The notes below the pieces were generated by a model that was not told the origin of the DNA, did no database searches, and saw nothing but the letters and a program-made list of their open reading frames with translations. From Asterias rubens (Eukaryota), in contig NC_047070.1 in NCBI RefSeq assembly GCF_902459465.1, positions 18,290,001-18,354,000 on the forward strand: 64,000 bases of DNA, read 5' to 3'. Below, in pieces: positions 38,744 through 50,495 of this stretch (position 1 is the stretch's first letter; every line of letters begins with the position of its first letter). The position numbers were made by a program, and so were the translations under genes.

Positions 38744-39369
38744 AATAAACATTGTTGAGTTTGCCTTCCCTTCATGGTGTGTGAACTTAGACATGTTGAA
38801 ACATTCAGGAAAGACGTGGAGGGATGTAAAATTGAAGACTAGTTTGTTCATCATGCAAACTTCATCATGCTTTTCAGCTTTGAAGCAGTTAAAAATGCTA
38901 AAAGCATGTAAGCTTAGTTACTGCTTAGTAACTGCTAAGTAATTGCTTTTAAGCAGTTTTAAACTGCTTAGCAGTCAGCTTTCAAAACTGTTCACTTTGC
39001 TGTCAGCATCACCTAAATCCACTTCCGTGGTCAACGTTTGGACAACACATAGGATCTATGGCTGAAGTCTTGGAATTTGATTGTCAGATTTATGATGCTT
39101 CATTCATTAGAGCACAGATTTCTTGACCGATTCTTTAATTAAATATTGTCCTAATAGTTTTGTAGGACAAAGGAGCTGTGTTACTCAACAAAATATCAAT
39201 GTGTTTAAAAAGTCAAATAAAGACCACGGTTAATTTTGTTCCTTAGATTGGTGTTATTTTGAAACAATTTGTCAGCAGCTTCTGCAAATGGTTGGTAGTC
39301 TAGTTCAACCAATAAATACCCCATTAGCCATTACTCTCCAAAATATGAATAGCAATGGTTCCCAATCGG

Positions 39370-39558
39370 TGCCCAATTTCATAGAGCTGCTTTAGCAGAA
39401 AATATTTTTTGGGAAATCACTGCTTAGCAATAATGATCAGGATACCAGTCACAAACTGTACACGTGACCAGGTATTTTGGCTGATTATTATAGTAAGCAC
39501 AACTTTGTTGTTATTGGCTACTTTTTGTGCTTGAGCAGCTCCATGAAATTCGGCCCTG
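39370..39558. mobile_element. Harbinger-like MITE family B (GGGCCCAATTTCAT ends); representative copy
   Basis: GCCCAATTTCATAGAGCTGCT...AGCAGCTCCATGAAATTCGGCCC. Relatives at about 10945-11105, 21118-21300, 23395-23470, 27890-28066, 29060-29212, 55099-55330, 57118-57310. Confidence 0.65.
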
Positions 39559-39592
39559 GAGTTTTTGGAAGATGAAGATATCCTGTAAAATG

Positions 39593-39840
39593 GGGCTCTC
39601 CGTCAGTCATAATAACTACTCTGTTCGGGATATCATCCTGGTTAGAACACCATAGGGCTCTCCGTCAGTCATCATAACTACTCTGTTCGGGATATCATCC
39701 TGGTTAGAACACCATAGGGCTCTCCGTCAGTCATAATGACTACTCTGTTCGGGATATCATCCTGGTTAGAACACCATAGGGCTCTCCGTCAGTCATAATA
39801 ACTACTCTGTTCGGGATATCATCCTGGTTAGAACACCATA
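39593..39840. repeat. Minisatellite, 62-bp unit x4
   Basis: GGGCTCTCCGTCAGTCATAATAACTACTCTGTTCGGGATATCATCCTGGTTAGAACACCATA; 1-2 substitutions between copies. Confidence 0.97.
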
Positions 39841-39909
39841 GTTCTAAGCCCAATTGCTTTAGCGATGCCTAAGCAGAAAATGTTCCAGAAAGCAAATGAA
39901 TATATGCCT

Positions 39910-40293
39910 TTAAAGGCAGTGGACACTTTTGGTAATTACTCAAAATTATTATTAGCATAAAACTTTTCTTGGTGACAAGTAATGGGGAGAGGTTGGTGGT
40001 ATACAAAATTGTGAGAAACAGCTCCCTCTGAAGTGCCATAGTTTTGGAGAAAGAAGTAATTTTCCACGAATTTGATTTCGAGACCTCAAGTTTAGAACTT
40101 GAGGTCTCGAAATCAACCATCTTAACGCACACAACTTCGTGTGACAAGGGTGTTTTCTTCTTTCATTATCTCGCAACTTTAATGACCGATTGAGCTCAAA
40201 TTTTCACAGGTTTGTTATTTTATGCATATGTTGAGATACACCAACTGTGGAGGCTAGTGTTTGACAATTACCAATAGTGTCCACTGCCTTTAA
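39910..40293. mobile_element. Kolobok-like MITE copy
   Basis: TTAA-AGGCAGTGGACAC...GTGTCCACTGCCT-TTAA; closely similar to 794-1181. Confidence 0.9.
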
Positions 40294-40703
40294 ATGTATG
40301 AGTAGGGTAGATGGCCTAAGCTTTCAATCCAAACCAGACCTTCAGAGGCATAAATAAATTAATACAAACAAGTAATTTCCATGCCTTTAAATATAATTGT
40401 ACATAATTGGTGGAGCTGACAAAACAATAACAGACAGTGTTCGTGGTTTGTTTGATCACCTAATGACATACATAAACATTTGGGCTGTTGTGTAAGTCAT
40501 GAGAAAACTAGTGGGGGGGAAAAACATGCACAATTTTCAGCATGTAAACCAATAGAAATACTGAAGATGCCCCATCATAAAGTGCAGTGCCAGAAATTTC
40601 CGTTTGGTGTTATAATTATCCGTAAGTGCCCAAACTAAAACGGTTGGGTGTTTTTACCTCTTTGGTTTCAAAATACTTTTAGCCTACTCTTGGAAAAGGT
40701 GTT

Positions 40704-41047
40704 CAAAGGCACTGTACACGGTTGGCATTTACTTAAACAACTGTTGGCATAAAAACCGACTTGGTAACAGTGCGAGCAATGGAAGGCTGTTGGTAGTATA
40801 AAACAGAGAGAAGTAAATTCTCACTAAAATATTTGAATTGAATTCGAGACCTCAGCTGGGGTCTCGAACTCAAGAATCTGAAACCACAGAACTTAAACAA
40901 GGATGTTTCTTCTTCCATTATTCTCTAGCAACTTCAACGACCAATTGAGCTCAAATTTTCACAGGTGTTCTATTGCATTAAAATGTTGTGGTACACCAAG
41001 TGAGAAGACTGGTCTTTGACAATTACCAAAGGTGTCCCATGCTTCAA
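40704..41047. mobile_element. Diverged Kolobok-like MITE copy
   Basis: AAGGCACTGTACAC start; shared CAATTGAGCTCAAATTTTCACAGG and GACAATTACCAAAGGTGTCC segments. Confidence 0.7.
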
Positions 41048-41208
41048 GTAGAAAGATTATTTCGTACTATAAGACCCTTGTTCAAAATGTCAGTTTACAA
41101 AAATCACACAGGTACATTTTAAATACAAAGGGATTCAAGAACGAGTGCAACAACACATTGCGATGGTGCGCGGTGTGATTGGTATCTAAGATCTATTTCC
41201 TATATCAT

Positions 41209-42135
41209 TTATTGGGAAAAGACACTCGCAAGAGCACGTCGAAACTGTCGGTTGGAAATCCCATATAAAAGTGGATTTATAGCAGAGCTACTGTACATGA
41301 CAAAATGTGTGACAGTCAAAACCATAAAGCTCCTCTCGTCAACGTTATCAACGACGAAGAATTGAGGAATCGAACTGAGGCAGTGGTAAAGTACAACCAC
41401 GAAGAGCAGGATGGTTGGCCGGACCTGGCGCTTCCATCGACCCGTCTCATGTCGCACTCCGATGGTGCTGATTGAGTCCTCGTTAGTCTGTTCCGTTGAT
41501 GTGGGTAATTGTGGTGTCGGCCGAATTTGAACTGCGATGGCCCGCATGTGCTTTCGCATCACCACGAAAATACTGCCATAGGTGCCGATAAACACGGCAA
41601 CGGAGACGAGCCTGTTTCCCAGAAGGAAAATCCTATAGAAAGAAGATGGCACCAAATCGATGAAGCGGCAACTGTTATTGTTCTCATCAGATGGTGCCGA
41701 TATTGAAAGCAAGACAGGGATGACAACACCACAAATGACACCAAAACTGTAGATGAGTATGATTACTACGACAGCTCTCTTTTCTGATAGTACTCTGCAA
41801 GCCGTTAGTGGACAAGTGATTGTCAAATAACGCTCCACGGTCAAGGCGAGGAGAGACCAGATGACAACGTATGCCAGCACAAGAAGAGAGTACAGAAATG
41901 GCAAGCAAACTGTTTTAGACGAAACTACACCGAGATCCACCAGGCACTGCAACGGGTAGAAGAGACCCACTATCAAATTCCCGAAAGACAAACTGGCAAA
42001 GAAATAGTTACTGATAGTCAAGATGTCCTTCCTACGAATGAAGACAAAAATCACGACGGTGTTTCCAATCGTGGACAAGCCACAAATCAAAACGCAACAT
42101 ATTACGGAAACGGTAATTTCTAAGACGCTACTCAT
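41209..42135 (-). CDS. Intronless rhodopsin-class (class A) GPCR, adenosine-receptor-like/orphan, 308 aa
   Basis: Seven hydrophobic segments; GN in TM1, LTVERY in TM3, NPLLY in TM7, helix-8 FRRA; ECL2 CRFIDLV. The ORF track starts at a TTG (42165); first ATG is 42135. Confidence 0.9.
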   Translation of the reverse strand: MSSVLEITVSVICCVLICGLSTIGNTVVIFVFIRRKDILTISNYFFASLSFGNLIVGLFYPLQCLVDLGVVSSKTVCLPFLYSLLVLAYVVIWSLLALTVERYLTITCPLTACRVLSEKRAVVVIILIYSFGVICGVVIPVLLSISAPSDENNNSCRFIDLVPSSFYRIFLLGNRLVSVAVFIGTYGSIFVVMRKHMRAIAVQIRPTPQLPTSTEQTNEDSISTIGVRHETGRWKRQVRPTILLFVVVLYHCLSSIPQFFVVDNVDERSFMVLTVTHFVMYSSSAINPLLYGISNRQFRRALASVFSQ

Positions 42136-44292
42136 AGTTTTGTTTTTGGGAGGAAAAAACCCCAATTCACCCTCATGAGTAAACTTTCACCTGAAGATGT
42201 TGAAAGTGCAGTTGAAGCATGGAGCAAGAAAGCAAGTAATTCGGACGCCAAACTCGCCACACACAATACGAGCTCAAAAACGATAGACTTGTGACGAAAT
42301 AATTGCATTCAGCCCATACCCTAAGATCACTGACGCACGTCTTACAACTGACGTAAAATCATTGCCCGCAGCCCATGACTTTTAATACTGATTAATGTCA
42401 GAAAATAAAGATCTGTGTTGAGAAGTGCGAGGGACTATTTTCACAAGAGAAACAAAAACGCATGAAAATACACGTATAGTAAAAATAATAATAAGGTATT
42501 GGCATTTATAATAGCGGCCCAAGATCGAGCGCTTTAAATACATACAAACAATGACAAAGATACAACAACAAAAAACAGTAGAAAAACAGTTCAAGGAAAT
42601 ATAATAAGAACTATAAGGGCTATTATAGGAACGTCTTGAAGATGTATTGCGAATTATTCATTTACTCCTTATGAAGAAATAATCCTTATTATTCTGTTTC
42701 TTAAAGTATATAATGACTTTATTGGTGATTCATATCATACTTTATCTGACAGTCCCCGATCTCGTGACCCGTTCATCAATAGTTTTACCTTTTCAAGAAG
42801 GTGATGAAAGAGGTATCTCAGTGACATTCAGCAAGACATTATACATGTTTCTTGTGTGTGCTCATATTTCGGCACTCTGGGAATTTGGATTATTTAAAGA
42901 CAATTTACTTTCACTGCAGTTTTTGGTGCTCCGCTTGTTGCCATTCTCGTTTAAGTAGTCTGAGGTGTCCCCCCCCTTCAATAAAACCATACATTTCCAG
43001 GGCGGTTTCCATCAGTGGTTAAATTTGTACGGTACTACATTCTGTACCGACGGCAAAGCATCATAACCAAACGATAAAGCCTGATTAATGGATTATATTA
43101 TGGTGTGGTTGTTGTGGATTTGGCTTAATTTAAGCTTATTGCTTTTGGTGCGTAAAAATAAGTGTTTGAACTGCCCTAGTTGTAAATGTTTCGCTCGATT
43201 AATGTGGTGGTCAGGGAGAGAAGGAAACGAGTCAGGGTCAGGTCATTTCACGACAGCATGATCCATTTAGGGGTCAAACCCAGACCCCGATTTAGAAAAG
43301 AAAGGACTAAAAAAATGAGTCAAATTGACCACTTCACTGTATACACTAAAATGAATATAAACTGTGGAGTGGAATTACGAAAAACATAAACAAAGTACTC
43401 TTAACCAGACCAAGTCATGTTTTTAGTGTCAATGGCCTATAGTCACCCACTGATAGTAAAATTGTCAGCTCCAGGGTTCGACACAAAAAGAAACCTGTAC
43501 CAGGTACGAAAATAGGAGAAAAAAAAAATCATTAGTGAAGCTTCCACACCTCACCATTGAAGTTAATCACAGATTAATTCATAACTCCTATTCAAGTGGG
43601 AGTTGTTTACCGAGGCCGAATGGTAGAGCCCTGGGCAGTTTTATTGAAACCTCAACAGCGTGAGTGAACGCGTCGGTTGTAAAATTGGTCACATTGTGTG
43701 AGCGAAATTGTTACGAATAAACGTGAGTGGCTGTTTCCTTAAATGAAGCAATCTGTTTTTTTCCCCCTGATTGTGCCATTGCAAGATGTCCCATGTGAGG
43801 CAATTAGGGTGCAGCTTCTGAGAATGTTAAACAATAAAGAGGTGACAAATACGGCAGCACTTCCCACGTGAAAGACACAACGCAAGGGAAATTAGCACTG
43901 GATTATCGCTCGGTGTTAAACAAAGGTCATTTAAAGAGTATTACAACTCATACTCGTAATCCAACGAAATGCAGAGCGTAGGCGTGTCTAGACCTATTAT
44001 ACAGTTTAAAAAGAAAGAAAACAACATCAACAAACACAATTTTTTGTTACCTAGAAAATTGATGTTTTTTTCTGTGAGTTTTTTTTGCAAAAGAAAACAA
44101 ACCCTGAAGACACTCTGGATAACCATGGGATAACTAAACCCCATTTAGCGGGAGCTCAATATGCAAAAGTAATTCTATGAAATCTTTACAATATTGCACC
44201 AATTCGGAGCAGACGATGTTTTCTGTCTGCACTGCAGGCTAGCTAGCGCCCTCTGTAGCTTTAACTCGCCAAATCTATCATCCCAATCCATC

Positions 44293-47200
44293 ATGGCTGC
44301 CGCCGAAGTTGACGCTGCGTACAGCAGTTCCGATGCAGATAGCGATGTACCTTTCATACTGTATCGAGACAGGCCTGATTGGAAGGATGTCGAGCCCTTG
44401 CCACAAGACGACGGACCAAGTCCAGTTGTCAAAATAGCTTATTCCGAAAAGTGTAGGTTATTTCTTCATTCTTTGTTAGGCCCAGTGGCTGTGACCCAAT
44501 TTCCGGACATTACTTTACTCCAAACCAAAACGGACCAATGTTTACTTTTGACTTGATAAAAACCATATAAAAACATACACAAAAATCATGGAGCTATGAA
44601 TTAAAGTATTTTATAAACAACCCGACCAGATGTCTCCACTTGTATCGAGGGGTGGGGGAGGGGGATGGGGCATGGCATAATTGTATATCTGCTGTAAAGT
44701 TTTGTGCACGAACAAACCTTGGAAAATTTCTAGCCCCTTTAATATTGACAATGACATATTGATGAAAGATTGAAGTTTAAAAACGAAATATAACAAAACC
44801 CTATACAACTCTGGAACCCGATTCCCCTCATAGATTTGTGGAATGGTCCAGTTTAGGATATTAAGGACATTGACTCAGATCACTCATGTCACAGGGGCAT
44901 AGTTAGTTGCTATAACTTAACCCTCCTCCCTACGGCTCGGGAGGGGGGTTACGTTATCGCAACCATAGAGCAAATAGCTCTTTGTCGCAACCAACGGGGC
45001 ATTGCTTTTTAGGAGAAAACATTTGAAATAATAAAAATGTGAGCGCCCACTTAAGCTCAAAAGCAGGTTGTGTTTAACAATATTTTCTGTGTTTTTGGTT
45101 TCATACAGTTAAGGATATCTATGATTTCTTCCGGGCTGTAATAAAGAGAGATGAACGAAGTGAAAGAGCGTTGAACCTGACCAAAGATGCTGCAGATCTT
45201 AACCCTGCAAACTATTCTGTTTGGTATGTTCATATACAGACATGCAACCTTTCTGCTAGTTAGTTGGTTTCCTCTACTAAATTAAAGAAATATAATAATA
45301 TACTGCTATAGAAAACTGTCAACACTATATAAAGTGTTGTGTGCTGGGCAACACTGCGTTCAGACTAACAGGCCTGTATGCTTCGTCTTTGAAAGGGCAA
45401 AGGCACCAAGGCATTTTCTCCTTGGTGAAGGGCATCCTTTGAGGAAAATTTAAAGGGCAACTTTCCGTATGAGCTGTCTTTACTTTGTTCATTTCAATAA
45501 TTGAAATAACATGACCATGCAGTCACGTTCAGTGCCAACATGATGCTTTGCCATGCTTAAGAATGTTTCATTTTTTCCCTTCTTTTTCTTGTAGGCATTA
45601 TCGTCGAGTTCTCCTTCAGTCACTGAAGAAAGACCTGCAGGAGGAGATGGGTTACATTCAACAGATCATCGAAGACCATCCTAAAAATTATCAAGTCTGG
45701 TAAAGCTCCCCTTAACTGTAGCATTGAACCATTTCCGAGTTAGATTTAAAGTCCGGTAGAAGGACTTGCTTGATCACAAGTTCCCGCGTTAGTTTGAATT
45801 CCTTAGCAATCAATATTCTTGGACAATCTACTCACATGCATTCAATTAATTTATAAAAATGGACATTCCTTGTAACTTTAGTAAAACAAAGATAAAAAAG
45901 ATTGGTCAGAACACTACCAACAAACGGCTGCCTTAGGAATTTCATGCCACAATACCCCTTTTGTTTCTACAGGCACCACAGGCGCGTCCTGGTTGAATGG
46001 CTGGCTGACCCCTCAAAAGAGCTAGCCTTCACTGCAAGCATCCTGAGAATAGACTCCAAGAACTATCACGCCTGGTCCCATCGCCAGTGGGTGCTACGAA
46101 CCTACGAGCTGTGGCAAGATGAGCTGACCTTCGTGGAGAGGCTGCTGGACGAAGACCTGAGGAATAACTCGGCATGGAATCAGAGATATTTTGTCATCAA
46201 TAACACAAGTGGATTCAATGAGGAGGTCATAGACCGAGAAATCAAGTACGTCCCTCTCTTAATTTGTCGTTTTGTTACAAATGATCCCCATGAATTTACC
46301 GAAGGAGATTTCAGGGTTCAATTGCTGAATTTTGATTGATAGGAGATTTATTTTGTGCAACTTTTGATCTTGTTCATTTTTGTTCTTCATTTTTCTGAAA
46401 TGAAGGTTCTCACAGGATCTGATAAGCAAAGCTCCAAACAATGAAAGTGCATGGAATTACTTAAGAGGGTAGGTACAAATAATGCTCTTAACGTCCTTCT
46501 GTTGTTTGTTGATGTTTGATGACAGATGCTGTTAAAAATGATTCGTTCCTGAAAATGGTTATAAAACTTAATTGTTTGTGTGTTTGGCTCAAGTGTGATC
46601 ATATTAAAGATGTGTACCTTTGTGTGGCTTTAGTTTCAAATTTCCAGCCATGTCTAGAAGGTGGTCCAATTGGATGTATTGTCCCTGTTTTGATAAGCCC
46701 GACACTTGTGGCTTCCCTTTTGTGCAGGGTCCTGTCAGACATTAACATGAGCGACTTCACCAGTGTGCGAGATTTCTGCCAGGGTATGTACGACAAGGAC
46801 ATACGATCGCCGTACCTGCTGGGATTCATGGTGGAAATGCAAGAAGAGCAACTCGAAGGAGGGAACGGTGAGGAGAGTGTCTTACTCAAGGCCACCGAGG
46901 TAAGGAAGGAATGGGAGGGGGTCATTTCAAGCCTTGAATTACGCACAAGCCACAGAGGCTAAGGCCTCTGTTGCCCCAGGTTTTGGCCTTGGTGCCCCCA
47001 TAGACTTCAAGATTTTCCAAGGAAGTGCCTTTTGAAAAATGGAAATGGATTCGGCCTCGCTTTCAAAGATGAAATTCCAGGCCTGCATTTCAATTATTAA
47101 TTCTGGTTGTAAAGTCAAGGTTCCTCAGAAAAACAAAATTCCTCATTATACTAGGAACCCAGTGGAGAGAAGACGAGGAAGGAAAATTAAGTTTTACCTC

Positions 47201-47510
47201 AGAACAAAGTTTCAGTCTTTAGTTTGTAATGAGTGATAAAAAAAATCTGCAAAAAATGTAACGACCGACCACTTTTATACAGTAAATTATTTGTACATCC
47301 GCTCTTACATTTTCAAAATCATATTAATAACATGAACTGAATTAAAAAAACCAAAATTTTGATTACTTTCAGCTATGCGACATGTTAGCCAAGCAGTTTG
47401 ACCCTATAAGACGCGAGTACTGGAACTACATTCAGAGATCCCTCCGATTGCGCTTCGGCAAAATACAAAAAGACGACGCCAACCAACAGGCATATGACCC
47501 GACCTTTTAA
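44293..47510 (+). CDS. FNTA: Protein farnesyltransferase/geranylgeranyltransferase-I alpha subunit, 341 aa
   Basis: Exons 44293-44452, 45109-45223, 45595-45699, 45973-46245, 46406-46468, 46728-46899, 47373-47510 (1026 nt). PFTA repeats NYSVW, KNYQVW, KNYHAW, RNNSAW, NESAW; terminal DPIRREYW. Confidence 0.96.
44904..44964. repeat. Short hairpin element, copy 3
   Basis: TAGTTGCTATAACTTAACCCTCCTCCC...GGGAGGGGGGTTACGTTATCGCAAC. Confidence 0.75.
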
Positions 47511-47740
47511 AAAGAGCATTTCAGAGATCGCCTGTTTTGAAAACATTAAGTGGGCACCCTGCTTTTCAGAGGGCAATTGGTTATTCCAAAAAGGTGCACT
47601 TTATTTTCCAAGCAACATCGCCTTTTAAAAAAAGCATTTCAGAGATCGCCTGTTTTGAAAACATTAAGGGGGCACCCTGCTTTTCAGAGGGCAATTGGTT
47701 TATCCAAAAAGGTGCACTTTATTTTCCAAGCAACATCACC
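47503..47740. repeat. Tandem duplication, 119-bp unit x2, overlapping the FNTA stop codon
   Basis: CCTTTTAAAA...CAAGCAACATC starts at 47503 and at 47622. Confidence 0.9.
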
Positions 47741-49140
47741 TGCTGGTCATTCTGCTTAATGCGTGGTGCTCCATTTTTCAGAAACACAGGTCAAAATGAG
47801 TCCGTTTAGGTAATGTTTATGGCTTGATAATACCGTTTCAAATATTTTGTAAAGTTAAATATTTTATACAAGCAGACTCAAGAAAATTTTTTCTTTCACT
47901 TCAGGCATTTCATCTTTCTAAATCTGTTGTAACATTTGGTAAATCTGGCGTTTTCTTGTGAGAAGTAATTAATGTATAGAGTTGAAGCTGTGAGCTTTGC
48001 TGCCACGTATGTTATCAAAACTGTACTAAATGTACTCACAATGTCTGTAATGTCTATTTTGTAAATGTTGTCAAAATACATTGTGTTGATGTGCTTGTAA
48101 TAATTATGACTATGTAGTTCTGCCTGTTAAAATGTTCACCTCTGTTAATCTCTTATTCATTCCACATAATTTGCATCTAGCTCCATGATCTTATTGAAAG
48201 TATAAAAATGAATGACGTAACATGCTAGAATCATTGTGAGCGCACAAGCTGGCAGTACATTTAGTAGTGAAATATTGTATGATTTTTCTTCTTTAGTTAG
48301 CACGAAATTTGCTTACCGTTAAGTAGTGCTATGAAATTGGGTCTAGGTCTGAATTAATGGCTCTAGGAGTGGCTATGGCTGGAACACTGAAAAGTCCTTT
48401 GTTGCAACATTGTTGCTACAGCCAGTGGCTATAGCCGTAAGCTAAAGACACTTGTTATGGACATGAGCTTGAGGAGGTTTTTACGCTTATATAGACCATT
48501 TTGAATAACCACTTTGTTTCTATGAAAGTGGCACGCATCATTCTTGGTTTGATTATGTTGACACACGCACGCACACCTACACGCACACGCTCACAGAAGC
48601 CATGTTGTAGGGCAGCTATTTGAATTGTGCTGTCATATTCGACGCGTTCAATTGAGGCCAGCTATGCATTGAATACTTACCTGAGTAACTGAAGCTCATC
48701 AGAAAAAAAATTGAATATAAAACAAACTTTATTAAACTTTAGAACATGAAAAATGTTTTTTTTTTGTACATGGTACAAAACATTGCTCAAATATAAAAGG
48801 CAACTTGAATTAATTTGGCATATTTTAATACTTTGAATGTGTTGATCGAAGATTAAAACGTGAAGTAAACAGAAATAAAAATTCTATGTAATTTAAAGAC
48901 TGAGTCGTGCGTGGAATTATTTTGTTTACATTTGTTGAGTTCTAAACAAAATCACTTCTCTCAAAACATGGTTCTTTATCTTTAACATTAAATGGCAAAG
49001 TTGTTGACAATGAGTCACACAAACCCTGTCTGTGTGTGGGATGAACTTTTCCACACATAATTCAATATTTGGGATAACTCATGTGGTGGCTGAGATAAAG
49101 GCAAAATTAGGAGTACAACCTCACAAACATCACAACCCGT

Positions 49141-49479
49141 TTAAAGGCACTGGACACGTTTGGTAATTGTCAAAGACCAGTATTCTTACTTGGTGTCTTC
49201 CAACATATGCATAACATAACAAAACTGTGGACATTTGGGCTCAATTGGTCATCAAAGTTGCAAGAGAACAATGAAAGAAAACATGCTTGTGTTGCAAAAC
49301 TTTGTGTGCATTCAGATGTATTATAAATGAGTTAGAACTTGTCTCTTTCTCAAAAACAACATTGCTTCAGAGGGAGCCGTTTCTCACAAAGTTTTGTACT
49401 ATTTAAAGCTCTCCGTTGCTTGTTTAAGGTATTTTAACAGGTATTTTGAGTACTTACAAATAGTGTACAGTGCCTTTAA
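49141..49479. mobile_element. Kolobok-like MITE copy
   Basis: TTAA-AGGCACTGGACAC...GTGTACAGTGCCT-TTAA; probably within the TOPAZ1 3' UTR region. Confidence 0.8.
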
Positions 49480-50495
49480 AGGAATAACCAAATAATGTAA
49501 AATGGCTCAATCGTGAACTCTTTTTGGCAAGACAAAAATAAAATATATCTTCTAAGACTACACCACATGCAGAGTAACAAAAGAAAGAATGAAATTAAAT
49601 AAAAGTATACTTTTAAAAAGTATTTACAGAAAGATGCTTGGTTATATGGAATATGATACTCACTCGAGTTAAAAATAAAGGAAAGTTTAAAAAATAGTAT
49701 TTGGCAACATATACTGTGTAAAGTAAATAAAATATACCTATCTTTGGAAAACTCAGATGCAATCTTTGGTTTATAATGTTACATAAATACATCATTGAAA
49801 GGCAAGTAACAGTTAACATAAATATAAAAAAATCAGCTGCAAGTTGCATACAAAAGTCTGTAGTGGCTGCCAACACCAGTAAGATTGAACTTTGGCCTAC
49901 TTCTATCAAAAAAAGTCAAGTACTGAATTGGCTTTATACCAATGTTTCTCATAAACTACATTGGTAAATAGTAAGAGACCAGAAGCAGTAGTGAGATTTG
50001 ATGCATATTCAGGTCTGGCATTATATAGAGGCCGCGACTTTTGTTGCCCTTGTCTTGGCCTTTAAGAATTGTCCATAGGCTGTAAATTGCCCTGTACAAA
50101 AATGGCCTTGTCCTTAAACATTGAAATTCCAGGCCTGCCTGTGGAAATTCCTGAACAAATAATTTGGTTTTCCCCTTAATTGTTCTAGACGTTTAATTAT
50201 TCTATTATAACTCAGGAGGTTTCGGACTCTCATCAGAAATATAAAAACTACAGGTTTGGACACAATGGCGGACTATTTCTGTCTCCCTTTTGTGACTGCT
50301 TTACCTCTTTTAAGAAAATTATAGTGGTTTTGAGAAAATACTGAGTCTGGAAAAAAATCCTTAAAAATCACATGCAGAAAAGAATACACAGCTATTTACA
50401 AACTTTTCAACCTTTGCAACTTTCAGTGACCAGTACAAGAAGATGTCTTTTCCAAACCAGATTTTGAGAACTGAGATTTGTGCTGCTTCAGAACT

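Noticed and set aside
48670-48700. Possible 8-nt micro-exon on the minus strand (CAG|TTACTCAG|GTAAGT)
   Set aside because: It lies just past a likely TOPAZ1 poly(A) signal and no downstream exon could be identified.
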